Below are positions 13,755 to 25,814 of a stretch of DNA of 64,000 nucleotides, in pieces (positions within the stretch are counted from its first letter, which is position 1; each line of letters begins with the position of its first letter). The position numbers and the translations under genes were made by a program. The notes under the pieces are model-generated. The model saw only the letters and a program-made list of their open reading frames with translations. It was not told the origin of the DNA and ran no database searches. Source of the stretch: Gnetum montanum (Eukaryota > Plantae > Gnetophyta); NCBI GenBank assembly GCA_015680685.1, contig MNCI01002795.1:63613-127612 (forward strand). Direction: 5' to 3'.

Positions 13755-14903
13755 CAAAAACTATAGGGGCTGAAAAATTCAATGCTGGAAAGCCACAAAT
13801 TTCAATGCCACAATGGTTTATCCCCAAATCCAATGAGCCTTAGAAAAGAATCCAAAGCATCTCAAATAGTCTAGTAGATTGCTTGAGGAGTTAGGGGATT
13901 TATTACTAGAATGTTAAAAGAAGATGTGTGTGAGGGGGTAATTCTCAATGTAAATAACTCAACAACAAAGAAATAAATAAAGTGAAATAATGGCCACACA
14001 AATAAACTATAACTTTGTATTAAATATAAGGAAGTTCAATGAAATAGTTTTGTGAATACAAGTTATAGGCTTTAAAAGCCTAGCAACTTAAGAGACATTC
14101 TTGGAATTCAATGCAAGATCTATTCTGCAACTAGATTCATGCTCGAATGTCTTGGATGATCTCCCATGGAACTTGATCTACCACTAGTTTTCTTTATCAT
14201 AGTTGTTCACATTGAATGAAAGGTTGGACTAGTTATGAACTCTTAAAGTTTGCATTGCTACAAATGTCTCTAGTTCAACCTAACTACTTCAAATTTCCAA
14301 ACAGATGCATGACACTAGTTTAAATAGGCTAAAGCATTGCTAATTTCACATTTTTGATTGCTACAACATGTTAGATGATTCTAATGAGCATAATCCACAA
14401 CATGTGAATGTTAGCATAATTTGGGTTTTGGCCCAAAATTCTAGTGTAATTGGAATTTCTCGTTAACATATATGCTAGCATATATGAACTTTGGCTTAAA
14501 TCTATGACGTAATTGGTATTTTCCATTGGCATATATGCCAATGTATATGTTGTTTTGGACATTGTTATGCCAACATAATTGGTATTTCCATCACCCAAAT
14601 TTGCAGCTTAGAAACCTCCAAAGTATATAGCTTTTCTTGCCAATGTTGGTAGTGTATTAATGCTATTTTTCCAACATATAAGCTACAAAGGTTTTGGCTT
14701 TTGCTGCCAAATTTCTACAGCGTACTTACATTTTTGGCCTCTATATGCTAGGTTGAATGAGACCTTCAGCTTATACTTTGCAAATTGCATCTTTGTACAC
14801 CATAAACTATTCAAATTAAGCTAGGGGAGAAAACCCATGAGGTTGGATTTTTAATGGGAAAATGGACACTTGTTTCTACCTTTGAAATTCCCATTAAATT
14901 ACA
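13755..14903 (-). repeat. LTR-like segment upstream of the minus-strand gag
   Basis: The minus strand starts TGTAATTT at 14903. It contains ~63 bp tandem units (~14425-14595) and a TATA-like AGCCTATTTAAAC (rc of 14318-14330), and is homologous to 371-1535. Confidence 0.5.
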
Positions 14904-15114
14904 ATGTAAACACTTTGGCTAATAGGTCACATATGCGAATGCAAAATTTCTTTGGGTTGTTTCACAAATTTTCCTTTTCATCTATCACAAAAAGAATAAA
15001 ATGATTAAGTCTCGTTAATATTTATAGAATTAACATATAGATTTTTTATGTGATGTTAGTTACACTTACCATATGATGCAGAAAGCTTGGAACTTGTTAC
15101 CTCCTTTATCTTTA

Positions 15115-18100
15115 GTCAAGGTCATGTACCTCTGAATATGTGGCCTAATTTCATCTTTAAATATACCCATGATTAAACTCTTTTCTATTCTAAGTAAAAT
15201 ACTTTTAGAGATTTACATTTGAAAAACATTCATTAATTTATGTTCTTTCTTTGGTTTTCTTTGCAGTGAGATTGGCATTAGATAATTAGAATTTTGGATA
15301 AATCTTCACTATCAATGTTAATAAATTTTATTTTGACAATATTTTGCAAAATTATAAATAAATATTATCATGATAATCACCATTGAGTTATGCAATTTAA
15401 CCATTTTTTCATAGGCAAGACTTACAATGTAAGTTATAGGACATGACCAAACTTTGTGTTTAAGAATAAACAACTTGTGTAGTAGGGTTAATTTTGGGGG
15501 AATTATCAAAACTAAAATTTTATTTAAATGGTAGAAATATATGGGATATGAGTTTTGGAAACATCAATAAGAAAATTGAGTATTCTTAATTTGCAAATGT
15601 AATATTTCATCTATGTTTAATGTGCTACTTCAATGCACAACATTGAAGGAAAATGTACTCCAATGCTATTTGTATTACACATTCCATATATTCATTCATG
15701 AGGATTTTTCAGCCATCTACCTACCTGTCTCAACTATTAAATTTTAAGGTAATAATTACAAATAATTTATTTTTTATTCCTAGATGGTGATAACATTAGC
15801 CTCAAAAGCATTAGATGATGAATAGAAAAATGATGTTTATTATGTAGTGACTAATCAACATATATGTTATGCTTTCTCCTCCCATGCATAAAACTCTAGC
15901 AACTTAGATACAATTTCTCTTTCCATGGTCATGTAACTATGGGTTTTTGGCCTGCTTTTGTCTTTAAAGATGCCCCTGATTAAACTCTCTTCTATTCTAG
16001 GTTAAATACTTCTAAATATTTCCATTTGAAAAACATTCATTAATATGTGTTCTCTCTTTAGTTAGCTTTGTAGTAACATCGACCTTAGATAATTGTGTTT
16101 TGATAAAAATTTTTGATAAAGCTATATGGTTAATGTTAATAATTTTTATTCTAACAACCTTTTGCAAAACTTTGGATAATTATCATCTATATAATCATCA
16201 TGGAGTTATGCAATTGAGCCATTTTTTTGAAGGTGCCACATACAATGTAACTTACAAGACATGACCAAACTTTGTATTGAAGAATAAAGAGCTTGTGTAG
16301 CAAATTTAATCTTGAAGTATTATTAAAACCAAAATTTTAATTAGACAATAAAAATATACATGATATGAGTTTTGAAAACATCAATAAGAAATTGAAGAAG
16401 TATTCTTAATTTACAATCGTAAGATCTCATCTATGTTTAATGTGTTGCTTCAACACATGACATTGAAGGAAAATGTACTCTAATGATATTTGTATTGCAC
16501 ATTTGATATATTCATTCACAAGGATTTTTGATCCATGTACCTACCTATTTCAACGCTCAAATTTCAAGGTGATAATTATGAATAATTTATTTGTTTGTTT
16601 AGAGATGGTGGTGACATTGCTTCTAAAACCACAAGATAATGAATAGCAAAATGGCGTTGATTCTATAGTGACTAATTGACATGTATGTTATGCTTTCTCC
16701 TCCCATGCATAAAAACCCAAAAACTCAAATACAGTTTTTCTTTCCATAGTTAATCTAACATATTTAGGGTTTATTTTATTAAGGCTAGTGATTCACCTTT
16801 GTAGTGGCTATTTCCAATCATGGTAATATAACTCTAAATTTTTGGCCTACTTTTGTCTTAAAAGATACCCCTAATTAAACTCTCTTTTATTTCGAGTTAA
16901 ATACTTCTAGATATTTGCATTTGAAAAGCATTCATTAATATATGTTTTCTCTTTGGTTAGCTTTGCAATGATATGGGCATTAGATGATCATGTTGTGATG
17001 ACAATTTTGGATAAAACTTCATGGTTAATGTCAATAATTTTTATTTTGACAAATGTTTCCTAAAGTATAGATAAATATCATCTTGATAATTATCAAGTTA
17101 TGTAATTAAGCCATTTTCTTAAAGGAAAGACTTAGAATGTAAGTTGTAGGATATGAATAAACTTTGGATTGAAGAATCAACAAATTGTACAGTAGGGTTA
17201 ATTTTGGGGGTATTATTAAAACTAAAATTATATTTATATGGTAGAAATATACATGATATGAGCTTTCAAAATATCCATAATAATATTAAGGAGTATTCTT
17301 AATTTGAAAATGTAACATCTCATCTTTGTTTAATGTGCTGCTCCAATGCATGACATTGAAGGAAAATGTCCTCCAATGCTATTTCTTTTACCCATTGGAC
17401 ATATTCATTCATGAGGATTTTTGATCCATCTACCTACCTATTCCAACTCTCAAATCTTTAGGCAATAATTATGAATAATTTGTTTTATTATTCTCCGATA
17501 GTGGTGACATTTCCCTTAGAAGCATCAGATGATGAAGAGCAAAATGACATTGATTTTGCAATGACTAATCAACATGTACTTTATACATTCCCTTCCCATG
17601 CATAAAAACCAAAAAACTCATATACAGTTTCTCTTTCCATGGATTCTCTTTCAATAGTTAATCTCGCATATGTAGATTTTATTTTATTTATGCAACAGAT
17701 TCACCTTTGTAGTGGGTATCTCCAAATCAAGCCATGTAACTTTGATTTTGTTGCCTACTTTCATGTTTTAAGATACCCCTTATTAAACTCTCTTCTATTT
17801 CAAGTTAAATACATTTAGAGATTTATGTTTAAAAAAATTTCATTATTTTATGTTCTCTTTTTGGGTCAGAACTTTGGATAAAGCTTCATGATTAATGTCA
17901 ATAAGTTTTATTCTAACAACCTTTTGCAAAATTCTAGATAAATATCATCTTGATAATTATCATTAAGTTGTGTAATTTAGCCATTTTCAAAAGGCAACAC
18001 TTAGAATGTAAGTTGTAGGACATAACCAAACATTGTGTTGAAGAATAAATAGCTTTGTGCATCAGGGTTAATTTTGGGGTCATTATTAAAACTAAAATTT

Positions 18101-18310
18101 TATTTATATGGTAAAAATATACGTGATATGAGTTTTGGAAACATCAATAATAAAATTGAGTATTCTTAATTTGCAAATAAAATATCTGAACTATATTTAA
18201 TGTGTTTCTTCAATACATGGCATTGATTGTAAATGTACTCCAATGGTATTTGTATTGTACATTTGATATATTCATTCATTAGGATTTTTGTGTCATGTAC
18301 CTACCTATCT
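15115..18310. repeat. Tandem array of 0.8-0.9 kb units, about 3.6 copies
   Basis: The anchor GATACCCC(T)GATTAAACTCT(C)TTCTATT recurs at ~15160, ~15968, ~16863 and ~17771. Internal anchors such as CATTGAAGGAAAATGTACTC and ATATTCATTCATGAGGATTTTT recur colinearly. Confidence 0.92.
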
Positions 18311-19604
18311 TGTATGAACTTTCATGGAATATGAATATCCATGCTCAACCAAGGACTAATGTCAAAACCCAAGGATTACAAGAAGCATCTTATTCTATCT
18401 TTTAATAGATGTAATTTGATCCATCAAAAAATGATGGCTTGTGAAAAGATTATGCACCTAAAAGATACATGATGGAACACACACAAACTCTTAATGGAGG
18501 TTAATCCATTAATCAAGAGACCAAATTCTGATACAAATTGTAAATCGAATATAACATCCTAAAGGGAGAGTGAATAGGAAGTCTCATAAAAATTTAAAAC
18601 ATGCTAATAATTCCATCAAAAATTATAAAATTTGTAAAAAATGTAAGTAAAATTGGAGTAGAGTTCATCTAATATATGAGAAAAATGAAATGCAAGAGAT
18701 AAGCAAAATGGATAGTGCACACCAAGATTTATAGTAGTTCTACTTGAGCATAGTACACTTCATAGGGACTATCCAAATCTCCTCTTTCCTTGGGTTTCCT
18801 TCCAACTTCATCAACTCCTTGAAGAACAATGTCAATTTCAAGGGTTTCTATTCTCTCTTTCATACAAATGGAATTTTCAAATATGAAATTCTCAAACCCA
18901 AACTAAAAAGATCAAAAAAATTTTTACAATGATGCTCAAAAATCTCATTATAGATCAAATTACACAAATTATATGTATAAGCATGAAAATGATATAGAGA
19001 TTAAGGCATAACAATACACTAGGATGTTTTTGGTTCAATTCTCTTTTTTACTCTTTCAATATTTTTCCAAAAGCTTACTCCAAAATTTTTTGTTGCTACT
19101 AAATTACTAATCTTTATCAAATAATCCATTTTTGCCTAGGCAACAACATTTAAAAGAACTATGATATTCATTGAGAAATGTTTCATCCTCAAAGACAAAT
19201 GACAATGCTTAAACCTTAACACTTTGTTTGTATCACAATGTTCAAGGGGCTTTTGACCTTTTTGTCTTTATATTTGTTATCATTATTCCCCTAATAAGTC
19301 CACCTTAGATGAGGTCAATTAAGCTATGTGACCAATAGGTTAACTTATGCTTGGGTTGGTCAAAATTACCACTGATCCAACAAAAATTAGCTCAATCATT
19401 CTTCTTGAATTTCATTGTCTAGAATTGGGCATCTAACATTGGTAGCTTGTCTTGAGTTTAACCTAAAAGTACATCTTTTTCTACATTCTAGGTTTTCTTG
19501 ACTCTTGAGTAGATCAATCTTTTACTAGGTTGGTTGACCTTGCCAATGATAATTTTGACAAATAATGCACATGTTGTCATTCCAAATTATCAATTTGATC
19601 AACA
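18311..19604 (-). mobile_element. Truncated Copia (Sirevirus/SIRE-like) 5' LTR, PBS and gag start
   Basis: The LTR on minus runs TGTTGATC (19604) to ...ACA (18539) and has a CCTATTCACTCTCCCTTTAGG signature near its 3' end. A degenerate Met-tRNA PBS lies at 18525-18536. Gag starts KPSFFDGSNYIY (~18395-18445). Confidence 0.7.
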
Positions 19605-19699
19605 AAATTATACTTAGCCAAGCTCTTTCCATGATGATGAGAAACTTATCCTTGTACTTGTTAACCTAGATTATAAGAAAATTAGCAAGATATGACCAT

Positions 19700-22025
19700 A
19701 CAATGATGATGATCAAAATATCTTTCAAAAATTCTAATGAGATGGTGATAGATTAATTAGCACGTTCTAGCCTCATATTGCATTTCTTTAAAGGAGACAA
19801 GTTTCAGGCTTTATATATTTCTTAAAGATTAATTTAACTTTGGAATCCAAATCTAGTAGAGCCTTCCAAGGATCATGTCCTCTGATCTGAAGATAAATAA
19901 GGGAACTTCTTGGGTCATTTCTTTTCTTAGAAAGGCTTTCTACCTTTATCTAGTTAGTAACAACATGGATTAACATGATAGTTTAAACATTTGTTATGTT
20001 TTGACTTGAAGATGGTTTGAAATACATATAGAAGGGTATAGGTATTATGTCCACAACCATGGATGCTTGTCTAAGTTTATGTGAACTAGCAAGTTTGGAG
20101 AATGGACACTTATAAGGCCTGAACTTTGAACTACTTGAATTATCCTTCACTTACATGTCTATAGATCTAGTAGCATTTTGTTGTTGCAACTATGAAGGTG
20201 TCTCATCTTACATGGGTGGAGCAAGTGGCAATGGTTTAGAAGCATATGATTGAAAGTGTTGGTAAGGTTGAAAAGCATAGAAAGGATATTTAGCCTATGG
20301 AGTTACACATCTATAGTACTCTAGATGATAGTAATAGTGAGTAAAGATATGAATGGTAGAACTATTTAGAGACACAAGCTACTAGACATAATATCCATAA
20401 AGGTTAGATTGCTTGTAGTGATATTGCTATCTTGATAATGGCATCTTCCATGATTGTGAGTTTTGACACTAGTAATAATACTCTAGAGATTAAATTGGAG
20501 CCCCATTTAAATAATACTATTGCAAATGATAGGGTTGTTTGTAGTTGTCTTGAGGATAAGATAATCTCCTAGGTATCTATTTTTGACAAATTTTTGGATT
20601 TAAGGCATAAATTCTAGACTCTTAAAGATGTCACATTACAGAGCAACAATCCTTAGGATGTTCATATTGGAAAATGTCACATATATCATCATCTGAATAT
20701 GAGTCTATAACCTCATATTCAGATGATGAATAAGAGTTCTTTTGTGAATAAGAGTTCTTTTCTATGTTCTTTTTCTTTCTTTTGTATCTTTCACTCTACC
20801 TTACACTACTTTATCATCCAATATTTTCAAGGTTATTTAAGGATTTTCATCAATCGAGTCCCACATTTTGTTGACCTTGTCCAAAATTTCAATTACTAAC
20901 TTCTAGATTGTCGAGATTTTTCTCTAAACCACCTCTTCTAATCATACCACCTCTTCTAGTTCACATAGATGAACCTCTTTGTTATGGAGAGAGGACTCTC
21001 TATGGTACTCCTTTGCTACTTGATTAATCAACCTCTAAATTTGATGGATTTTTATCTCTAAATGTCCCCTTAGTTTTTCTTGTCTTATTTCTAAGTTCAT
21101 CTATGATATGACATAAGTACTTTCTCTAAGAAAAGTCATGGCCTAAATAGCTATGTAATAGTAAGTAATATCTACCAAGGGCTACATCAATGAGAAATAA
21201 AGAACAACTAGCAACAAAACCTTAAAGCTTTTGATCCTTGAGCCTTTAAAATAGAAATAAATAAATGCTATAGAAAATAAATTTATTGTTCAACTTTCAT
21301 TGGGAGCTTTTTTGCCTAAAGTTGTAGCTAAAAAGAGTTATCATTAGGAATCTAGTATTTGACTCCTGAAAAGAGATCATAGTTATTCTTTTGCTACTAA
21401 AAAATAATTACACATTGAAGATTCCAAATAGAGTAGAGAACAAGTGGTTAAAGAGAATTCTAACTCTAAAGAAAAGAAGTAGACAAGTTAGGCTAATCAC
21501 CATGAATGACTTCATTGATGCTTGGTTAAAAGTTGTTACAAATTCTAGATGTCCATTTCCAAGCATGTTCAAAAATACGATACTCAAAAAAATATGAAAA
21601 AATAAGTCTTCGATTCTACAAGGAGGACATTTTGAAGACACATTTCTAATATTTTAAGACAAGTGTCGATAGGAAGATCTTGATGGATAAAACACCATAA
21701 AAAATATAAATTTTAGGAAATATAGGAGCTCTCCAAATATCTTTAATTTTATCATCCAAAAGTACGACAATAATTGTGATTTCCAAGATTATTTAATTTT
21801 TTATGAATAATATCATTCTTTGTAATAATTTCATAAGAAAATTTCAAATTAAAAGGAAAAATAGATCTACTATAATTCTAGAAAAATATCTTAAGAAATT
21901 GATGCAAACTATTGTCAATTTTAAATAAATTCTTAAAATTAAAAATTAATTTTTAAAAATTCCTATTCCTATTTCTATTCAAACCATAGGGGCTAGAAGC
22001 TTCATTCCAAGTAATCCATCTATCA
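19700..22025 (-). mobile_element. Athila-like Gypsy remnant (LTR part, degenerate PBS, gag, protease)
   Basis: Protease-like DPRSSLIYLQIRGHDPWKALLDLDS (~19840-19920). C-x2-type gag region ICDIFQYEH (~20660-20690). Degenerate Asp-tRNA PBS-like CTAGCAACAAAACC at ~21208, followed by TGAT at 21232. Right boundary uncertain. Confidence 0.55.
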
Positions 22026-23135
22026 TGCATACATAAATAAAAAACTTCACTAATACTAAATTTTCTCTAAGTGGTACATAATCTAGATTCATTAGTAACC
22101 TAAGCTCCTTCATTAAAAGGAAGCCATCATGGGCTAATTTGCTTAAGCATATCTTCTAAAATTTTAATATGACTGTAATTCCAATATTTACTAAGCATCC
22201 ACATAGTTAGATGTTTCATTGATGACTGTTGTCCTCCTAGTCACATGTGTATGAAGTTCATATGGCTAAGTGTAACTAAGGCATATGATATTGATGCTAT
22301 AATGATTATACCTAAAAATACTATTTAAATGTTTAAAATCTAAATGATCTAATTCAAGAAAAGAAAACAAATTTAATCTAGCCTAAGCATTGAGCATCTA
22401 TCTTCAACTTACGGTACATATCCTAAACTTACACTAACATCGTTAGATTACCAAGTGTTTACTACTAGGCATTCCAAGTGGTACATTGTTGGGTTACTAA
22501 CTGTTCATGTATTTATACTTTAAGTTGACCATACTTATATGGTCATACCAATTATGAAGGTAATTATAAATGGGTAATTAAGTGTGGGGAAAAGCAAAAA
22601 TTAAGCTAGAGTGTATTTATAGTAATTTACATTCAATATAAATCTAAGTCAAAATATTGCAATGGAGTGAAATAATCTCAATCTTTATTGTTGTTCATGC
22701 AATGTGTTCAAGTACATGGCACTTGATTAAAGATTCCATATAATCATATCAAACTATGTTCGAGGCACTTACTAACTGTACTATATGCTATAGTGAAAAA
22801 GTGTAAGAATTTCACTATGACTAACAATCTAATGATGTCATAAATGTGATTGGTATATGGGCATTTATTGTCTATGCGTCCACACTAATCATTGATGCTA
22901 CTACATGGTGTTGACACAGTTAATCAGATATGATTAGTTATACCTCCAATAATTTGATCAATGAAATAAAATGAAGTTTTATTACATTTGAAGGCCCATT
23001 AGATCTATTGGACAGATATTACATTTTCATAAAAAATAAAGATAGACTTTACAAATTAACCAAGCACCAAGAGGGACATCAAAAACAAATCATACAAGCT
23101 TTTTGCTATAACATTATAATGTTTTCTCAAATGGG

Positions 23136-23137
<2 letters not shown>

Positions 23138-23175
<38 letters not shown>
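23138..23175. repeat. (GT)n microsatellite near the LINE 3' end
   Basis: Pure GT run. Confidence 0.95.
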
Positions 23176-23178
<3 letters not shown>

Positions 23179-23249
23179 ACTTATCTTCAAGGGCTCCTGA
23201 TTTGCACAATCTACAAATGCACTCTTCTTGTTGGAGTTGAATCCATCTT

Positions 23250-24900
23250 CCACTCTCAAATCTAAGATGATGAAAATTTAAGCAAAGCTTGCTGATAGCA
23301 TTTTGATACTTGATAAGAATAGTAGCTCAAAGAGAGTGAACTTCTACATCTATTTTATTAGATTTGATGTGGTGTAAATAAAATTGTCTCTTTCCTTCCA
23401 CATTAGTGCATATTTGTGTTAAAGCATTCTATTTGATGAGTTGGTAAATATGCTTAGGATTTTGCTGCACATCTTACTAAAAGATATTTCATTTTCTTAA
23501 TCATTACATTCCTTGAAAATATCAACCATGATCTTGAGAATCCTGAAGAATTACTTTAGAAAATTTATCTTTCCTTAAGATATAGAAGCTATGAGTGTAT
23601 GCAATAAATTGGCACAAGGTTTTTACTTCTAAAGGTAATAAATCACATTCGCATGATAACATTAAGTAAGGTATTTGGATCTTCACCTTTAACTCATTAA
23701 GAAGAAAAGTTTTTTGTATTCTTTCAATATTTTTCTAAAGTTTATCATTGAGTCCAAGTCTATACAATATAATAGGATAGATGATAGTATGAAAAATTTG
23801 TTTTCTAATCTTCCAAGCCTAGACACCTAAATCCTTGCACTTGTTTTTGAAAGCATATAAAGCCTTGAAACGTCTTGCTATTTTTTCTTTGATGCAATCT
23901 CCCTACAAATAATTCTTTATATAAATGAGACCCAAATATTTAAAAGAGTCTACTATTTGCACATTGGTACCTCCAAATGGAAAGTTATAATAGTTACTTC
24001 TTGTACATCCAGTAATCAATCTAATTTTATCAACATTCACTTGAAGACCAAATGAACAACAATAATTTTCTAAAATTTGCAACATATTTCACATACCTTT
24101 TGTAGTAGTTGAGATCAAAGCAGTAGCATCTGCCTATAAAAGAAGATTCAATACTTAGGATCCAATTTTGATAACATGACTATCTTGCCTGTTGCACAAC
24201 CATTCCTACATTTCATCAATAAAGATAGCAAAGAGAGTTGAAGAAAGTGGACAATGTTGCTTAACTCTAATTTTACTCTGAAATTGAAATTTTTTCTTTG
24301 AATTGATGTTTATAATTTCAATAATCACTTCCTCATATAATCTTTGAGTTGGTGCAATCAAATATGAAGAAAGGCCAATTTTATGCAAGCACGATCATAG
24401 TTTTGTACGGATCATTGAATCATATGCTTTTTCAAAATAAATAAAACAAATAAAATTTTTTTATCATATATTTTTGAAAATTCCCTGCATTGTCTAAGAG
24501 TAACTAAGTGATCAATAGTAGTGTGGTTTTGTTTGAAACCTATTTGATATCTTGCCTTGACCTAGTTATCTTTAGCCCAAGAACTAATTCTCTTTTCTAG
24601 TAGAGTGCCCAACAACTTAGCAAAAATATTACTTACAATGATCATTCAATAATTATTTAAATCATTCTTATCTCCCTTTTTATATAACAAGATAGCTTTG
24701 CTAGTTTTCCAATGTTAATTTACTCTTTGCTCCATTGCTAAATTTAATTTGTATTAAATTTATCTATGGATAATCCTACCCAATTTATCTATGGATAGCT
24801 TTTTAATACCTTCTATGACTTTCTTAAGTATAAATTAAAAAAGTTCTTGTTGTATAATATTATTATAAATGTCATCTTGTTCTATAAATAGCTTACTATA
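23250..24900 (-). mobile_element. Non-LTR retrotransposon (RTE/RTEX-like LINE) reverse transcriptase remnant
   Basis: YKKGDKNDLNNY, QIGFKQNHTTIDHL, FEKAYDS, VKQHCPLSSTLFAIFID, LL*ADATALI (decayed YADD), GLQVNVDK and VDSFKYLG, followed by a decayed C-terminal region. Frameshifts and stops throughout. Confidence 0.85.
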
Positions 24901-25319
24901 AAATGAACAAATATCTTGAAAAAATTTTAAATAATAAAGAGACTTCACAAGAAAAACGTTACAATCCAATATGAATAATGGATCCAATAATTTCACCTAT
25001 GATTTAACAATGATTCATCAATAATGCTCCAGCATCGAAATTCAGCTTCAACATATAATACACATGGACTCTTCTGCTAAGCTAGTAAGCACCAACAACT
25101 CGCGGTTTACTCGCGAGAGAAAAACTAATACATTGATAGTAACCAAATACCGAATGGTTGAAAATTAAAACCATATCGCGCATTTTAATTATTAACTGCC
25201 CCTGGGCTATTCGCTCGGCAAAGCCAAAAAATCAAGGTACCACTAAACCGACAAACATAAACCGATTCACCGTTAGAGTTGTTGAAAATATACCGACAAC
25301 CAGACCCCGATTCATCTTG

Positions 25320-25720
25320 GGTCAAATGAAGAGTTGAATCACATACCATTACTGCCTAGCCCTGCTGCAACTCTCCACGCTTGTAAGTTTTAAACCGATG
25401 TAAATCGGTTTATGGTTTTCCGCAAATATACAACCAAACACCGGATGATTGAAAGTGACACCGTACCGTACACTCTAGACCTATAAACTTTCATCACTTG
25501 CGACCACGCCATTGGCTTACTATTAATTCCCCGAACAGAAGATTGGTGGAACTTGAAATGTAAATCCAGAGACCGGACGATGGAAAGTTTAAACTTTGGT
25601 CAATTACCCCCACGCCATTTGCTCGTAAAAGCAAAGTTCACGGAAGCATTAAATTCCAAGAGATAGAGGTTGTTCGAAGCATACAGTCAATTACATTGGC
25701 GTATACATCGCTTTTGACAG
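25320..25720 (+). promoter_or_regulatory. W-box cluster upstream of the CRK pseudogene
   Basis: GGTCAA at 25320-25325 and 25598-25603 and AGTCAA at 25685-25690 (reverse W-box TTGACY), plus a TTGAC core at 25714. The region retains CpGs, unlike the flanking TEs. Confidence 0.5.
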
Positions 25721-25814
25721 AACAACAATTCCAGCGCTCCCTGCCTGTGAATGTACGCAGCGTTGCTCTTAACCTGCACAGACATTGCATAATCAATCAA
25801 TCAAGGAAATAAGG

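Noticed and set aside
23008-23265. ORFs with CVCV/THTH repeats
   Set aside because: They are translations of the (GT)n microsatellite.
25230-25478. AACCG-rich segment as an hAT-type MITE
   Set aside because: Only a short TAGAGT terminal match and no 8 bp TSD, so not supportable.
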